Positions 31,139-41,811 of a stretch of 64,000 nucleotides of DNA are shown here, piece by piece. The position numbers were made by a program, and so were the translations under genes. The stretch is from Sulfolobales archaeon (GTDB lineage Archaea > Thermoproteota > Thermoprotei_A > Sulfolobales > AG1). Position 1 is the first letter of the stretch; each line of letters starts with the position of its first letter. The notes beneath the pieces were generated by a model. It did not search any database and was not told where the DNA came from. It saw nothing but the letters and a program-made list of their open reading frames with translations. Location: contig JAWBYA010000003.1 in NCBI GenBank assembly GCA_038867615.1, positions 1-64,000 on the forward strand, read 5' to 3'.

Positions 31139-32164
31139 CTACATAACAGATCCTCGTTTCCTCCACATAGCCGGGTACACGTTGGGAGCCATAATAACCC
31201 TACTTACCTTCACCGCAATACCCTTATCCCTCAGAACCATCTCCTCACCACCCATCTCAGCAACACCTATAGCCACTAACTCGCCCTTCATAGTAAAGAG
31301 GGCTACCAGGTCTCCCTTTGCTATAGCCCTATTAACCATACTCACTCCAGGAACCGCTAGCATAGCCCCGTGCGCTATAGAGTCTACAGCACTGTTCCTA
31401 ATAATAATCTTAGGTAGGTGTGATACAGAGTATTCCACTGGAAGTACGTATCTCCTCATGAGGCTCTCGTCTCCCTTTCTATATAGATGCATAGCCTCGG
31501 ATAATCTATGGAGAGATACTAGAGTCTCATCCTCTCTAAAGGGTCCAGTGGCTATTCTCCTTAGCTCAGCCATGTGGGCACCTACCCCGAGGATCAAACC
31601 TATATCGTGGCAAAGTTTTCTGACATATGTTCCGGGATCTGTTTTAACCCTCATGAGAACCGATCTCCCATCGATCTCGAGGATCTCTATCTCGTGGATC
31701 CTCCTCTTTCTCAACGACCTCTTGACAGAAGATCTAAGAGGCGGTCTCTGATATATCTCTCCCACAAAAAGCGATATTATTCTCTCCAGCTGTTTCTGAT
31801 CAACATCCCTGTGAATCCTCATCAAAACCACATATTCTTTAGAGGTGTGTGTTACAACACCAATAACCTTTGTAGCCTTTTCAAGAGCTATGGGGAGGAC
31901 TCCAGAGACACCTGGATCCAGTGTTCCCGCATGCCCCGCCTTCGAAACATCAACGATCCTTTTAACCCATGCCGAAACCTCATGACTCGTTGGACCTGGA
32001 GGCTTATCCAGGTTAATAACCCCTAGCTCTAGATGCATTCTAGCCGGTCTCTCCCACGGATAGGTGCCATATTCTGCCTCTTCCTCCTCATGCCTCACAA
32101 GATATTCGCTAGCAATACCTCCTCTCACGTCAAGCATCTTTATAAACTCCAAACCTTTACCCAT
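31139..32164 (-). CDS. cbf5: H/ACA RNP pseudouridine synthase Cbf5
   Basis: LDKPPGPTSHEV, GHAGTLDP, GTYVRKLCHDIG, PUA domain. Confidence 0.97.
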   Translation of the reverse strand: MGKGLEFIKMLDVRGGIASEYLVRHEEEEAEYGTYPWERPARMHLELGVINLDKPPGPTSHEVSAWVKRIVDVSKAGHAGTLDPGVSGVLPIALEKATKVIGVVTHTSKEYVVLMRIHRDVDQKQLERIISLFVGEIYQRPPLRSSVKRSLRKRRIHEIEILEIDGRSVLMRVKTDPGTYVRKLCHDIGLILGVGAHMAELRRIATGPFREDETLVSLHRLSEAMHLYRKGDESLMRRYVLPVEYSVSHLPKIIIRNSAVDSIAHGAMLAVPGVSMVNRAIAKGDLVALFTMKGELVAIGVAEMGGEEMVLRDKGIAVKVSRVIMAPNVYPAMWRKRGSVM

Positions 32165-32227
32165 CCGTCTTTCGCCACACACCGAATGATTCTAGTAGGT
32201 TGTCTAGATAGACTATCAATAGACCCT

Positions 32228-32938
32228 CTACGCCCTTCTTCTCCAGACAGCATATACCATTGCATGATCTTTGTCGAAAGGCTCTAGATGAACCACATCG
32301 AGAATCTCAAACCCGTTGTCTCTGAGAATATCTATCTCCCTCTTATAAACCTCGCTAGGCTCCATCGTGACATCTATGCTTCTCGCCTTAACAGCCATAA
32401 GCAGGTATCCATTATCCTTGAGGAAGAACCGCGCGTTCTCAGAAACTATTGCCGCCTGATCCGGCTGGGCTATGTCGGCATACAATAGATCTACAGTCTC
32501 AACAATATTCTTATATTTATATGGCATCCTAGCGTCGCCCAATATAGGAATCAGGTTACCCCTATCTTCAGCAACCACCAGCAGCTCCCTCATAACCCTT
32601 GGAGCGAACTCAACCGCATACACAATACCATCCATCCCAACTATATCAGATACATGGCTAGGCGTGGTTCCAGAACCAGCCCCCAGGTAGAGAACCTTTG
32701 AACCCCTAGTCACGGGGTTTTCTTTCAAACCCTTCAACAGAGCTCCCGCAAGCTTGCTCCTATAAGCATTCCACTCCCTATATTCCGTGTTACCCTGTCT
32801 AAAGAGTCTCTCACCATATACCCTCTTCCCTGGAACTAAGTTCTTAGTGGCAAGCCTTGCGGATCCGTCTTCAAATTCTACAACATATACCTCCTTGTAG
32901 TTCGGATGCTCATAGATCCTAACAGGCTCTGACATCAC
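32228..32938 (-). CDS. flpA: Fibrillarin-like rRNA/tRNA 2'-O-methyltransferase
   Basis: VYGE, WNAYRSKLA, VLYLGAGSGTT.SHVSD, DIAQPDQA. Confidence 0.97.
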   Translation of the reverse strand: MMSEPVRIYEHPNYKEVYVVEFEDGSARLATKNLVPGKRVYGERLFRQGNTEYREWNAYRSKLAGALLKGLKENPVTRGSKVLYLGAGSGTTPSHVSDIVGMDGIVYAVEFAPRVMRELLVVAEDRGNLIPILGDARMPYKYKNIVETVDLLYADIAQPDQAAIVSENARFFLKDNGYLLMAVKARSIDVTMEPSEVYKREIDILRDNGFEILDVVHLEPFDKDHAMVYAVWRRRA

Positions 32939-33025
32939 ATCTCACCCCCATATAATTGATAAGCTAAGGGATATTTTCTACTGTTCTGACTTAGCATTAT
33001 AGAGCCAATACCATATCCTACCTTT

Positions 33026-33323
33026 CCGTTTGTCTCTGGATGTTTTTTCTGATCATTTATTATTCATGGTTTTATCTAGGGGTTTTGCCTCTGCCCTCAG
33101 GGTCTCTAATCCTGCTGGGTCGTGGGTAACCATCAAGTCAAACAACACGCGGCTCCCATCTAGGGCTTGTGTGGAAAGATCCACACCGAGGGCAATACAT
33201 TTCAAGGACTATAAATACTCCTGGGCGTTGGTGCGGAAGCAGCCTCCATACATTGTCCCAATGCACATGAACATTTCTAAAACCTATTAACCATCCCTCT
33301 GCATATCAAAAAGAAAACAGCCC
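33026..33323 (-). mobile_element. Family B tnpB-derived element between nop5 and flpA
   Basis: Minus strand GGGCTGTTTT...TGCCCTCGGTGTGGA (CPRCG)...CATCCAGAGACAAACGG; about 175 bp near-identical to 36789-36964. Confidence 0.85.
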
Positions 33324-33505
33324 TCATAGAATTGCTTTGAAAAGAATGTGCGACGCTTACATATGTGTCTTCAGATCTAATATGACATTACGTTCTCCAT
33401 CCCCTTTGCCGTAGCCAGCTGTTTTGGATCTTATAAACACTGGTTTTCTATGCAGTAATTATTTGATAGTTGCTGGACTATACTAACCTGGCTATAAACT
33501 TACCG

Positions 33506-34741
33506 CTAGGTGGAAGAGGTTTCCGAACCCCTCTTGGGTTTTTTCCTCCTACCCCTCGGAGCCCTCTCCTCTTTAGGCGGTGGTTTTGCGTAGAGCTCTT
33601 TTATCTCGTTTATCCTTTCGAAGAGCATTTTCTTCAGCTTATCTCCAATGAATCTTCCTGTGAAGAAATCAACCCTAGCTGCTATAGCTAGTTTCGTTGC
33701 AAGAGCTCTGGCTATCTTACCCCTCTGCCACCTGGGGGATCTATGTATTTCTGCAAACTGGAATATAACACCGTGTTTCGGGGGTTTAGCCCCTGTTCTG
33801 AGCGCTCTGAATAGAGCTTTCTCAGCACCCAGCACCTGGATCGTGCTTGCAGGCATCTTAGCAAGCTCTTCGAGGCTGCCTGCAAGGCTTAATAGTCTCG
33901 CCCCTAGAAGTGGTCCCACAAGCTCTGTCACGTTGGGCGCTATTTCTTTCATAACATGTGAGTTGTATTCTGTGAGATAGTTTCTAAGCTCGTTCAACTC
34001 GATCATGATCCTGGCTAGTGTCTGTATGGGTTTAAGATCGAACTCCGAGAGATCTGCCCCGATGCTCTTCTTAGAAGCACTGGCTATCCTCCTAGCAAGT
34101 GCCTCGCTAACACCCATAGCTCTTAGGCTTTCCTCACTTACCTGGGATCTATCGCCTATGCTGTTAACGATCTTTGCGTACAATATATGATCTCCTACTA
34201 TTTGATCCAGCTCGGGGAAGTGGACGCTATACCACTCCCTAAGCCTTGCAGCAAAGAGATTTATGGTTTTATCTATATCATCTATAGCCCTTATGCTCTG
34301 CACAGCCAGAAGATCTCTTTTAGCGGCGAACTTTCTGAGGCCTCTTCTAGCAAGCTCCATCGATACTGTATGAATATACCTTCTAGCCTCATCTATCTCT
34401 TTAAAAACGCCCAGCTTCATATATATTTCGAGAACACGGTCTCTAAACCCCGAGAAAACCTTATTATAGGCATCCACAGTAACCTCCAGCCCCTCCTCTG
34501 CCAATGCTTTAGCCGTTTCTGGATCCTCGACAGCTATGGAAGCATCTTTTAGATCCTCAGAAGATCTTATTCTATCCACTAGCTTTCTAAACGTCTCATC
34601 AAGTCTTCCCTCATTCCTTATCCATAGAGCCTCCACCAGAGTAGATATATCTCTAGGTCTAATCTCGCTTAATAATACCTCTCCGTTCTCATCAAGAAGG
34701 AAAACGCCTAAGAAATGCTCAGCTACGAACAATCTCCTCAT
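33506..34741 (-). CDS. nop5: C/D box RNP protein Nop5
   Basis: REWYSVHFPEL, PASTIQVLGAEKALF, PPKHGVIF, RGKIARALA. Confidence 0.97.
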   Translation of the reverse strand: MRRLFVAEHFLGVFLLDENGEVLLSEIRPRDISTLVEALWIRNEGRLDETFRKLVDRIRSSEDLKDASIAVEDPETAKALAEEGLEVTVDAYNKVFSGFRDRVLEIYMKLGVFKEIDEARRYIHTVSMELARRGLRKFAAKRDLLAVQSIRAIDDIDKTINLFAARLREWYSVHFPELDQIVGDHILYAKIVNSIGDRSQVSEESLRAMGVSEALARRIASASKKSIGADLSEFDLKPIQTLARIMIELNELRNYLTEYNSHVMKEIAPNVTELVGPLLGARLLSLAGSLEELAKMPASTIQVLGAEKALFRALRTGAKPPKHGVIFQFAEIHRSPRWQRGKIARALATKLAIAARVDFFTGRFIGDKLKKMLFERINEIKELYAKPPPKEERAPRGRRKKPKRGSETSST

Positions 34742-34967
34742 CGCTTCACCAAATGAGAGTATACTAGAGAAAAAATATATCCATGGCCATCTTAGTGTTT
34801 GTCAATGTCCAAAGCTTCAGAGGTTTCTCGTGCGATGCGATAGATACGGATGATCCTAAATCGAGTCTTTCTACTAAATATACGAGCATAGGTAGAAATC
34901 CCCGAGGCACAAAAACAAGAGCGACTGGGAATATGCGGAGATATGGTCTACTGGAGATATAAAATGC

Positions 34968-35786
34968 TCAGGATCTTTCTTTATCGTCTTTATAGTATAT
35001 ATAGTCTGTAAGTGAGAAGTGCCTGGTTTGCTTGAATGTCTTTGGATCTACATGTATAAATCCCTGTTTAATCAAGAGCTCTTTAGCCCTCTCACTAATC
35101 CCTGGCGATACTAGAACACCTATCACGCTCTTCCCTCGCTCTTCTCTAGTTCTTTTCATAACTGATTCTATATATTCCACATATCTGATCAGCTGGTTCA
35201 CGGCACTTAATCCAGCCTTTTCGTTCTTGATCTCAACAACATAGATCCTTCCCTCTTTATCCCTTAGAAGGAGATCTATCTTCCCGCTGGGCGTATCAAC
35301 CTCACGACCTATAACTGTGGCTCCAGGAACAACGAGGTTGGGGTTATTGTGTATAGCTTCCAAAATGTCCCTCTCCGTACCCCTTTTCTCTAAACCCGTA
35401 GTAGAAAGCCTAGACCAGATCGATGCCAAGATCTTCTTGAACCTTATCACAACCACCTCATAGCCATATTTCCTACTATTACACGTGATCACCAGTTGCC
35501 CTTCTACTGTTGAAGGAATACATAGAGACCCCGGTGGCTGCCAGTTCAAAGGCTCCCTGTCTCTTCCCTCATGAATGATCAATGTTCCGTCTGCCTTGTA
35601 GATAACAACCCTAACCCCCCATGGGGCTTTTGATGATGCCCTCCCCTCGTAGGTTATATCACACTCGCCTATTATGATCGATACATGTGTTTTTGAGTTC
35701 TTTAAAAAGAGATCTGCTATTCTCTCTATAGGCTCCCCAGGTCCCAGGATTATTACTTCTCTCTCCCAGCCTTCTGGAGAGCCCAT
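34968..35786 (-). CDS. nucS: Mismatch endonuclease NucS/EndoMS
   Basis: YEGRA, K.DGTLIIH, PLNWQP, GKIDLL..VVEIK, QLIRYV. Confidence 0.93.
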   Translation of the reverse strand: MGSPEGWEREVIILGPGEPIERIADLFLKNSKTHVSIIIGECDITYEGRASSKAPWGVRVVIYKADGTLIIHEGRDREPLNWQPPGSLCIPSTVEGQLVITCNSRKYGYEVVVIRFKKILASIWSRLSTTGLEKRGTERDILEAIHNNPNLVVPGATVIGREVDTPSGKIDLLLRDKEGRIYVVEIKNEKAGLSAVNQLIRYVEYIESVMKRTREERGKSVIGVLVSPGISERAKELLIKQGFIHVDPKTFKQTRHFSLTDYIYYKDDKERS

Positions 35787-36751
35787 AACGTATCCCTAAC
35801 CTTTCTCAATACCTCGTCGAGACTTCTCTGGGTTAATGTCACCGAGGCCGCTTCTCTGTGCCCACCGTATTTGCCGCTTCCCAGAGCCTCAATTATTGCT
35901 CGACAGTATTGAAGCGCCCTCCCCTCTATAGATCTTATTGTGATCACCACTTTTTTCTCCTCGTCCCTCACCATAACCACGTCTTTCTTCAGCTTCTTAC
36001 AAAGCTCGGTGGTTGCTATGCCGAAAAGACCTGCAAATAACCTTGACTCTGAGGGCTGAACGTGTGAGAGGATCACATTGCCTATAGCTTCTCCCTTATC
36101 CATGGCTTTTTCGATGAGCTTGTTAAGAAGGATCTTTCCAATATATGCTTTTTTCTCAAGCACACCTATACTTGCCAGATCCTTGTTAAGGACTATCGCG
36201 TTAAGCAATTCCCTCATGAAATCAAGATCGCTTGGATCTCTCGAGATAGCGAGCTTTATATTATCGGCCATGGTTTTTATCTCCTCATCCTCGCTATCTG
36301 TCCCTTCACACGAGTCGGCGATCCTAAGTAACATCTCCTCATAGCTATTCAGCGAGAGCTTCATTCTAGAAGCCATTAGATGTGGCGTTGACGGAGATCT
36401 ATCCCAGATAACCCTCAGCCCTAGTTCTCTCATCTTATTAACCCAGGGTTCTGTGGTTGCGTGATGATCTATGATCTGTACAGAGATACCCCTCATAACG
36501 GTATCAACTATCATTGAGAAAACCTCTCTATCTATAGCTATATCTATCAAGACCAGCTCTCCGCATATGTTTTCCTTACATAGCTTCTTTATCTCCTTCG
36601 AAGCCCTCCAAGGCTGAGTAAAGCCTAGAACTATCTCCGAAGGATACTGATCTCTTAAAAAATGCTTGATATAGAGGGCACCAGCTATAATACCATCACA
36701 ATCCCCATGCATTAAAACAGCGTGCTTCAATACATCCACCCCGATATCCAC
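35753..36751 (-). CDS. DHH/DHHA1 phosphoesterase
   Basis: HGDCDG, LIDI, IIDHH, GGH motifs. Confidence 0.85.
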   Translation of the reverse strand: MDIGVDVLKHAVLMHGDCDGIIAGALYIKHFLRDQYPSEIVLGFTQPWRASKEIKKLCKENICGELVLIDIAIDREVFSMIVDTVMRGISVQIIDHHATTEPWVNKMRELGLRVIWDRSPSTPHLMASRMKLSLNSYEEMLLRIADSCEGTDSEDEEIKTMADNIKLAISRDPSDLDFMRELLNAIVLNKDLASIGVLEKKAYIGKILLNKLIEKAMDKGEAIGNVILSHVQPSESRLFAGLFGIATTELCKKLKKDVVMVRDEEKKVVITIRSIEGRALQYCRAIIEALGSGKYGGHREAASVTLTQRSLDEVLRKVRDTLWALQKAGREK

Positions 36752-36788
36752 TCAATATACAGTTTATCCCTGAATATTTATCGATATT

Positions 36789-37012
36789 CCGTTTGTCTCT
36801 GGATGTTTTTTTCTGATCATTTATTATTCATGGTTTTATCTAGGGGTTTTGCCTCTGCCCTCAGGGTCTCTAATCCTGCTGGGTCGTGGGTAACCATCAA
36901 GTCAAACAACACGCGGCTCCCATCTAGGGCTTGTGTGGAAAGATCCACACCGAGGGCAATACATCTCAAAGCCCATAAATACCTCCTACAAATATCAAAA
37001 AGAAAACATCCC
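36789..37012 (-). mobile_element. Family B tnpB-derived element (shorter copy) upstream of the DHH gene
   Basis: Direct repeat of 33026-33200, differing only in the length of one T-run; left end gggatgttttctttttgata. Confidence 0.85.
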
Positions 37013-37199
37013 ATAATGAGTATTAATAGCTACCGCAGAAGAACTATATTGCATCATGAAAACACACACCGATAACAAGAAACAAAACCTAAGCTCACTG
37101 CTATGATGTTGTTTACTAGAATGTTTCATAAATAATTTATTATCTATTTAGCATAGTACATATTTATCAACCCACTTATAGATATTATGGGGAAAACAA

Positions 37200-38144
37200 A
37201 TGCCCCTTAAGCTGGACGACATAGCGTCGATAATTAGAGAAAACATAGCTAAGAAGGGAAATCCCATCGGCATAGATCCCGAGGTTTGTTCCTCATGGGC
37301 GAAAGACCTTGGTATCCCGAGAGAGAGCGATACGATCATATATACCTCATGCATGTACCAATCCGTACCATATCTGATCGAGCTTGTAAACATGTTAGAA
37401 AGGCTTGAGAAGGGGCCTAGGATATTCACATCGCTAGGAGTGATGCTAGCAAAAACAATAGACGTGACCAGCATAGCTGGAAAGCGTGGGGCTGATATGG
37501 AGAGGTTCAATAACATGATCAGGAACATAGCTATAGCGCTGAGAAAGCAGGGACTCAATATAGGCTACCTCTATGAGGAGGAGCCATATAGCGGCTCGCT
37601 TCTCTACGAGCTTGGTCTTGAGGATGATTTCACCGCACACGCTAAGAAGGTCTTCTCACTGTTTAGGGAGAGGGGTGTGAAGAAAATCATAGCCATAGAT
37701 CCCCACACCTACTACGTTCTCAGCAAAGTCTATCCAAAATATATAGATGGGTATGATATCCAGGTGATCCATTACATAGAAGTTCTGGATCCTTCAAAGC
37801 TTGGAAAGATCTCTGGAGAAGCTCCTAATATCGTGATACATGATCCGTGCCTGCTAGCCAGGTTTTCGAGAATCGTAGAACCCCAGAGGAATCTACTCAA
37901 ATCTATAGGAGTTAATGTGAAAGAGCCCCAGAGATCTGGGTTAAGAACAAGGTGTTGTGGAGGGCCTATAGAGGCTCTAAGCCCTACATTATCCAAGAGG
38001 ATCGGGGAACAGAGGGTGGAGGAGCTATCGCGATTAGAGAGGAATATAGTTGTTATGTGTCCAATATGCTTCTCCAATATCTCTAGGTTGGCTGAGAAAT
38101 ACGGCGCAAATGTTATGGATCTGTCAGAGTTTATCCACCAATAA
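37200..38144 (+). CDS. Cysteine-rich CCG-domain Fe-S protein (GlcF/LutA/HdrD-like)
   Basis: IHDPC, CCGG, CPIC. Confidence 0.85.
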   Translation: MPLKLDDIASIIRENIAKKGNPIGIDPEVCSSWAKDLGIPRESDTIIYTSCMYQSVPYLIELVNMLERLEKGPRIFTSLGVMLAKTIDVTSIAGKRGADMERFNNMIRNIAIALRKQGLNIGYLYEEEPYSGSLLYELGLEDDFTAHAKKVFSLFRERGVKKIIAIDPHTYYVLSKVYPKYIDGYDIQVIHYIEVLDPSKLGKISGEAPNIVIHDPCLLARFSRIVEPQRNLLKSIGVNVKEPQRSGLRTRCCGGPIEALSPTLSKRIGEQRVEELSRLERNIVVMCPICFSNISRLAEKYGANVMDLSEFIHQ

Positions 38145-38244
38145 AACTATATAACGGTACTTCACCAGGGATTCACGCGATCTTTAAGCAGAAGGTAACA
38201 GTCCCTATGACTCTTCCTATCTATATACATTGCATGCTATGATG

Positions 38245-38676
38245 CTATTTCCTAAAAAGGGATATTATACCTATATACGGAATCTTTATAACAGAACCAC
38301 CAACCGATACGACCTTACCTACAATACTTTCAAAAGGAATTCCTGGAAGCCCTGGTGCAGAAGGATCTGGAACTAGGTTGTTATCACCCTTAGTTATGAA
38401 ATACGTATTGCCACCCACGTTTATAATATTTATAACCCTATGGATTATATACCTACCGCTTGCGCTCTTATAGACAACAACGTCTCCTACGCTTATCTCT
38501 AAAGGATCTTTCACGGGGATTATAATGACCAGATCCCCAGTGCTTAATATAGGCTCCATGCTAACACCGCTAACAACAGCAATATAGCTCTGTCCGGATA
38601 CTGCTGAGACTATGTTGATGAGCAACAGACCTATTACAACAATCCATAGGAGTATGGTTGAAACGCTAACCCTCAT
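38245..38676 (-). CDS. Signal peptidase I (archaeal Sec11 type)
   Basis: TM anchor, SGVSMEP, GDVVVY, IIHRV, TKGDNN. Confidence 0.92.
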   Translation of the reverse strand: MRVSVSTILLWIVVIGLLLINIVSAVSGQSYIAVVSGVSMEPILSTGDLVIIIPVKDPLEISVGDVVVYKSASGRYIIHRVINIINVGGNTYFITKGDNNLVPDPSAPGLPGIPFESIVGKVVSVGGSVIKIPYIGIISLFRK

Positions 38677-38990
38677 TCTTCTTCCCGTTCTAGCTCGCTG
38701 AGATCTATCTCTATAACCTTGCCCCTCTTCTCTTCGCCCAGCTCAACCTTCTTACCCTCTCCACGACCCTCTATCTCTATATCAGAACCTCCCGTTCTGA
38801 TCTTGCTAACAACAGCACGCCACGAGTAACCACAATTAGGACAACTATAAGAACCCATAACGGTTATCGTAATCCTACCCCTAGCATCCGGTAGTGGTGA
38901 CACAACCTGCCACGTCTTGCTAGGCTTTAAATCCCGTGTACCGCAGTTGGGACATACGCCGGGATCCTGAGCCCTACCCCTCCGAGACAG
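38673..38990 (-). CDS. Cren7-related zinc-ribbon protein with acidic tail (CTG start)
   Basis: Upstream extension gives SRRGRAQDPGVCPNCGTRDLKPSKTWQVVSPLPD...GSYSCPNCG; KTW..SP and G...CP..G resemble Cren7. In-frame TAG at 38996. Confidence 0.65.
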   Translation of the reverse strand: MSRRGRAQDPGVCPNCGTRDLKPSKTWQVVSPLPDARGRITITVMGSYSCPNCGYSWRAVVSKIRTGGSDIEIEGRGEGKKVELGEEKRGKVIEIDLSELEREEE

Positions 38991-39163
38991 TTTCTATCCC
39001 TATACACAGTTATAGTTGGGAGGATAATAACAACACATCGCTTCTACACAGCACATTACATACATATATCCTAGCAGTCTTGACATATAAGTCTAAATAG
39101 AACACGCTTGAGGGTTAAGAGACTATCAAAGGCTGGTAGAGATGTACAAAAGAAACACATAGC

Positions 39164-40231
39164 TTAGGAATTTGTTAATAGCAATAGATATATCCTCGTA
39201 AGACCTCCATGGATGTGTTGCGATGACACCGACACAATTTTATATTTTTCCCAACCTTGTAAGAGATCCCTGACACGCCTCAGCTGCTCCAAGGATATAG
39301 AGATCAGAAGCGCGGATCTCTCCGGAAGGATACCCGCAATATTCTGTAAAAATCTAACCGGTATCTCTAGGTAATCCTCACCAACAGACCTGCTCCTCCT
39401 ACCGTATGGAAGATCCGATACTACTAGATCTATACAGCCAGGTCTAAGAGGAGGATTCAGAGCATCAGCCACGATCACTTCGGAGAGGCAGGGTTTACTG
39501 AGAGCTCCTAGCTTTTGCTTCATATATGTGGCTTTCTTAACATCTATATCTCCTCCTATAATCATTAATGATCCATCATAGCCACAGATCTTCTCGAGAA
39601 TCTTGCCATAGCCACAGAAGGGATCATATATAGTCCTCTTATTACTTCCAAGGCTAACAGCAACATTGGCTAGGAACAATATATCTGTGTCTTTCATATA
39701 CCCTGTTCTATCACCCCGCCCCTTACCTGCTCTCCTAGCTATGGGTATTGCTATGACGAGCATACTTCCCAGTATGATCGTTATAGTGCACGATAAACCA
39801 ACTAGATCATTGAGGCTGTTGTTGCTATGGGAGAGGCGTGTCTTTTCTCTCATATACTTGATAATCAGTCCATAATCGATCTCAGCCCTCTTCCTTCCAA
39901 GATTATAGATCCTCAGTTCTATTTTTCTACAACATTTGCCGAGGATCTCATTAGCGGCTATTAGTATCTCTCTATATATCTGCGTAGATCCCATCCTAAG
40001 ACTTGCTCTACGCACCACAAGCCCGAATTCCTTTATAAAGGAGAACTTCAATACGGAATCTTCAATACCCCGCCCGGCCCTGAAGATCACCAAGCCAGGC
40101 TCGCTATAGGATATAGTTACATCGCTATCAACGCTTCTTAACACCATCACGGCTTCTGTTAATGATAGTTCCGGGTGTTCCTGTGATAGGAGTAGATAGT
40201 ACTCCCTATACATCCCATCACGCAGAAGCAT
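39164..40231 (-). CDS. Trm11/TrmG10-like RNA methyltransferase (divergent)
   Basis: LLSQEHPEL N-terminus, YDPFCGYG, GDID, SDLPYGR. Confidence 0.7.
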   Translation of the reverse strand: MLLRDGMYREYYLLLSQEHPELSLTEAVMVLRSVDSDVTISYSEPGLVIFRAGRGIEDSVLKFSFIKEFGLVVRRASLRMGSTQIYREILIAANEILGKCCRKIELRIYNLGRKRAEIDYGLIIKYMREKTRLSHSNNSLNDLVGLSCTITIILGSMLVIAIPIARRAGKGRGDRTGYMKDTDILFLANVAVSLGSNKRTIYDPFCGYGKILEKICGYDGSLMIIGGDIDVKKATYMKQKLGALSKPCLSEVIVADALNPPLRPGCIDLVVSDLPYGRRSRSVGEDYLEIPVRFLQNIAGILPERSALLISISLEQLRRVRDLLQGWEKYKIVSVSSQHIHGGLTRIYLLLLTNS

Positions 40232-40401
40232 AGAGATAAGCCATACCTATTCAATGCTTATCACACAACCTATTTATCGTTTTATCACCATATCTTTAAC
40301 CCACCACACAACAAGCATGCTTCTCTACAATGCAAGCCAACGCTGGTGATACTAGTATCCTCGCACAACGCTTCGAGAAAATTACACGGACTATTCTTGA
40401 A

Positions 40402-40574
40402 AGCGGTGCTCCAAGCAACCAGAAGAACAATCCATCAAACCTAGATAAAACCCCAGTCAACCGAACTTAACGCTACCCAAAACCATTAGAGACCACAAGA
40501 TCCTGGCAAGCTATATAGAAGTCCTTGGGCATGAGAGAACTCCAAAGAACATGGAAACATTGAGGAACAAACAG
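40402..40574 (+). mobile_element. Highly degenerate family B element
   Basis: Colinear anchors gctccaagc, ctagat, ttagagacc, gtcc.tgg, aacat..agg.acaaac.g match 841-1010. Confidence 0.5.
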
Positions 40575-40751
40575 CCACGCCTAATTTGCAATGCCATGGT
40601 ATAGTTTAGATAAAGTGGTTCGGAGCTTGAGACAAAAAGCGAGTTGTTAATACTATACTATTGCTATTACACACTATTTGACACTTCCAGGCCGGGTCGT
40701 TTTACACGTGTGTCGGCTTTTTATCTAGATCTACATAAAGTTGGAGTGGTG

Positions 40752-41036
40752 TTGATGACTATGGGCGATGGTGGTGTAGTAGCATTGATCATGGTGAGAG
40801 AGTATGGAGATAAAACCTATGAGGTTAGGTTTGCTCTATATAGATCTGGAGGTGCTCTTATCAAAGAGGAGACCTATTCAGGGGCTAGATCTATTAATAT
40901 AGATGCTAACGTGGATATAGTGAAGATCGGCCATAGAGAGCTTTACTTAGTCTCTAAGGAAGAGATAGAAATATCTATGGATCCTAGCAAAAGGACTATC
41001 AGCATGGTTAAAAGAGCCGTTCCGACCCAGCATTAG
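40752..41036 (+). CDS. Hypothetical protein
   Basis: GGAGTGG SD; native codon usage. Confidence 0.6.
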   Translation: MMTMGDGGVVALIMVREYGDKTYEVRFALYRSGGALIKEETYSGARSINIDANVDIVKIGHRELYLVSKEEIEISMDPSKRTISMVKRAVPTQH

Positions 41037-41244
41037 TTTTCGTAATGCTAAGCCCTCTCCTTTTCATGGAGACTCTGCATGAACAGCCAGGAGAACGTGG
41101 ATCATAAACACTCCATATCTCTTCGAGTTTAACCTCCATATATAAGTTCTGAGCCCTTGCATCGGATAGACTATAAAAACCAGGCAATAAAATTAATGAT
41201 AGGCGAAAACCTTCCCAGAACCTTTATATCACTAGAGCAGGGCG

Positions 41245-41805
41245 ATGAAGATGCACGCTAGATATCTATTCATAGTGGCTAATGATAAGGACTATAAACC
41301 GCAGGATAGGGAGCATCTACTCAAAACCCTGAGGAGGTTTTTTACAGCCCCAAACATTAGGATCGGCTCTAAACATATAGAGATAGAGGTATGGGATCCG
41401 GATCTATCGAGTATTAGGGGGATTATAGAGGAGAATGTTGGGAGGATCGTTGAGTGGAAGCCTATAGACGCTGTTGAGAGTAACTATATAGGAGACGAGG
41501 ATCTCGTAGAGGCATATGTAGCTCTCTTTAACCAGGAGAGATTCTGGGAAGCTCATGGAGCGCTTGAGACGCTCTGGAGAAGATCTGGTGATAGGAATGC
41601 TCAGGGCTTGATACTTGTTGCTGCCGCCTTCATAAAGATCCAGGAGAACAAGGAGAACGAGTTCATCAGTATTGCTAAAAGAGCTCTCGAGATGCTTAAA
41701 GGCACCAGTTACTTCTGCATAGATCTTGGCGAGGTTAGAGAAAAGCTCTCCTCATCTTTAGAGAGTAAGAAGCCTTTCAAAATAGAATGCACTCCTCAGA
41801 GATAG
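41245..41805 (+). CDS. DUF309 domain protein
   Basis: LFNQERFWEAHGALETLW...QGLI signature. Confidence 0.85.
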   Translation: MKMHARYLFIVANDKDYKPQDREHLLKTLRRFFTAPNIRIGSKHIEIEVWDPDLSSIRGIIEENVGRIVEWKPIDAVESNYIGDEDLVEAYVALFNQERFWEAHGALETLWRRSGDRNAQGLILVAAAFIKIQENKENEFISIAKRALEMLKGTSYFCIDLGEVREKLSSSLESKKPFKIECTPQR

Positions 41806-41811
41806 CCCTTA

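Noticed and set aside
33030-37075. Duplicate small ORFs (33030-33290, 36722-37075, 36817-37014) and similar ORFs at 775-1018, 26072-26401 and 43987-44238
   Set aside because: They are chance frames within the tnpB-derived repeats, not genes.
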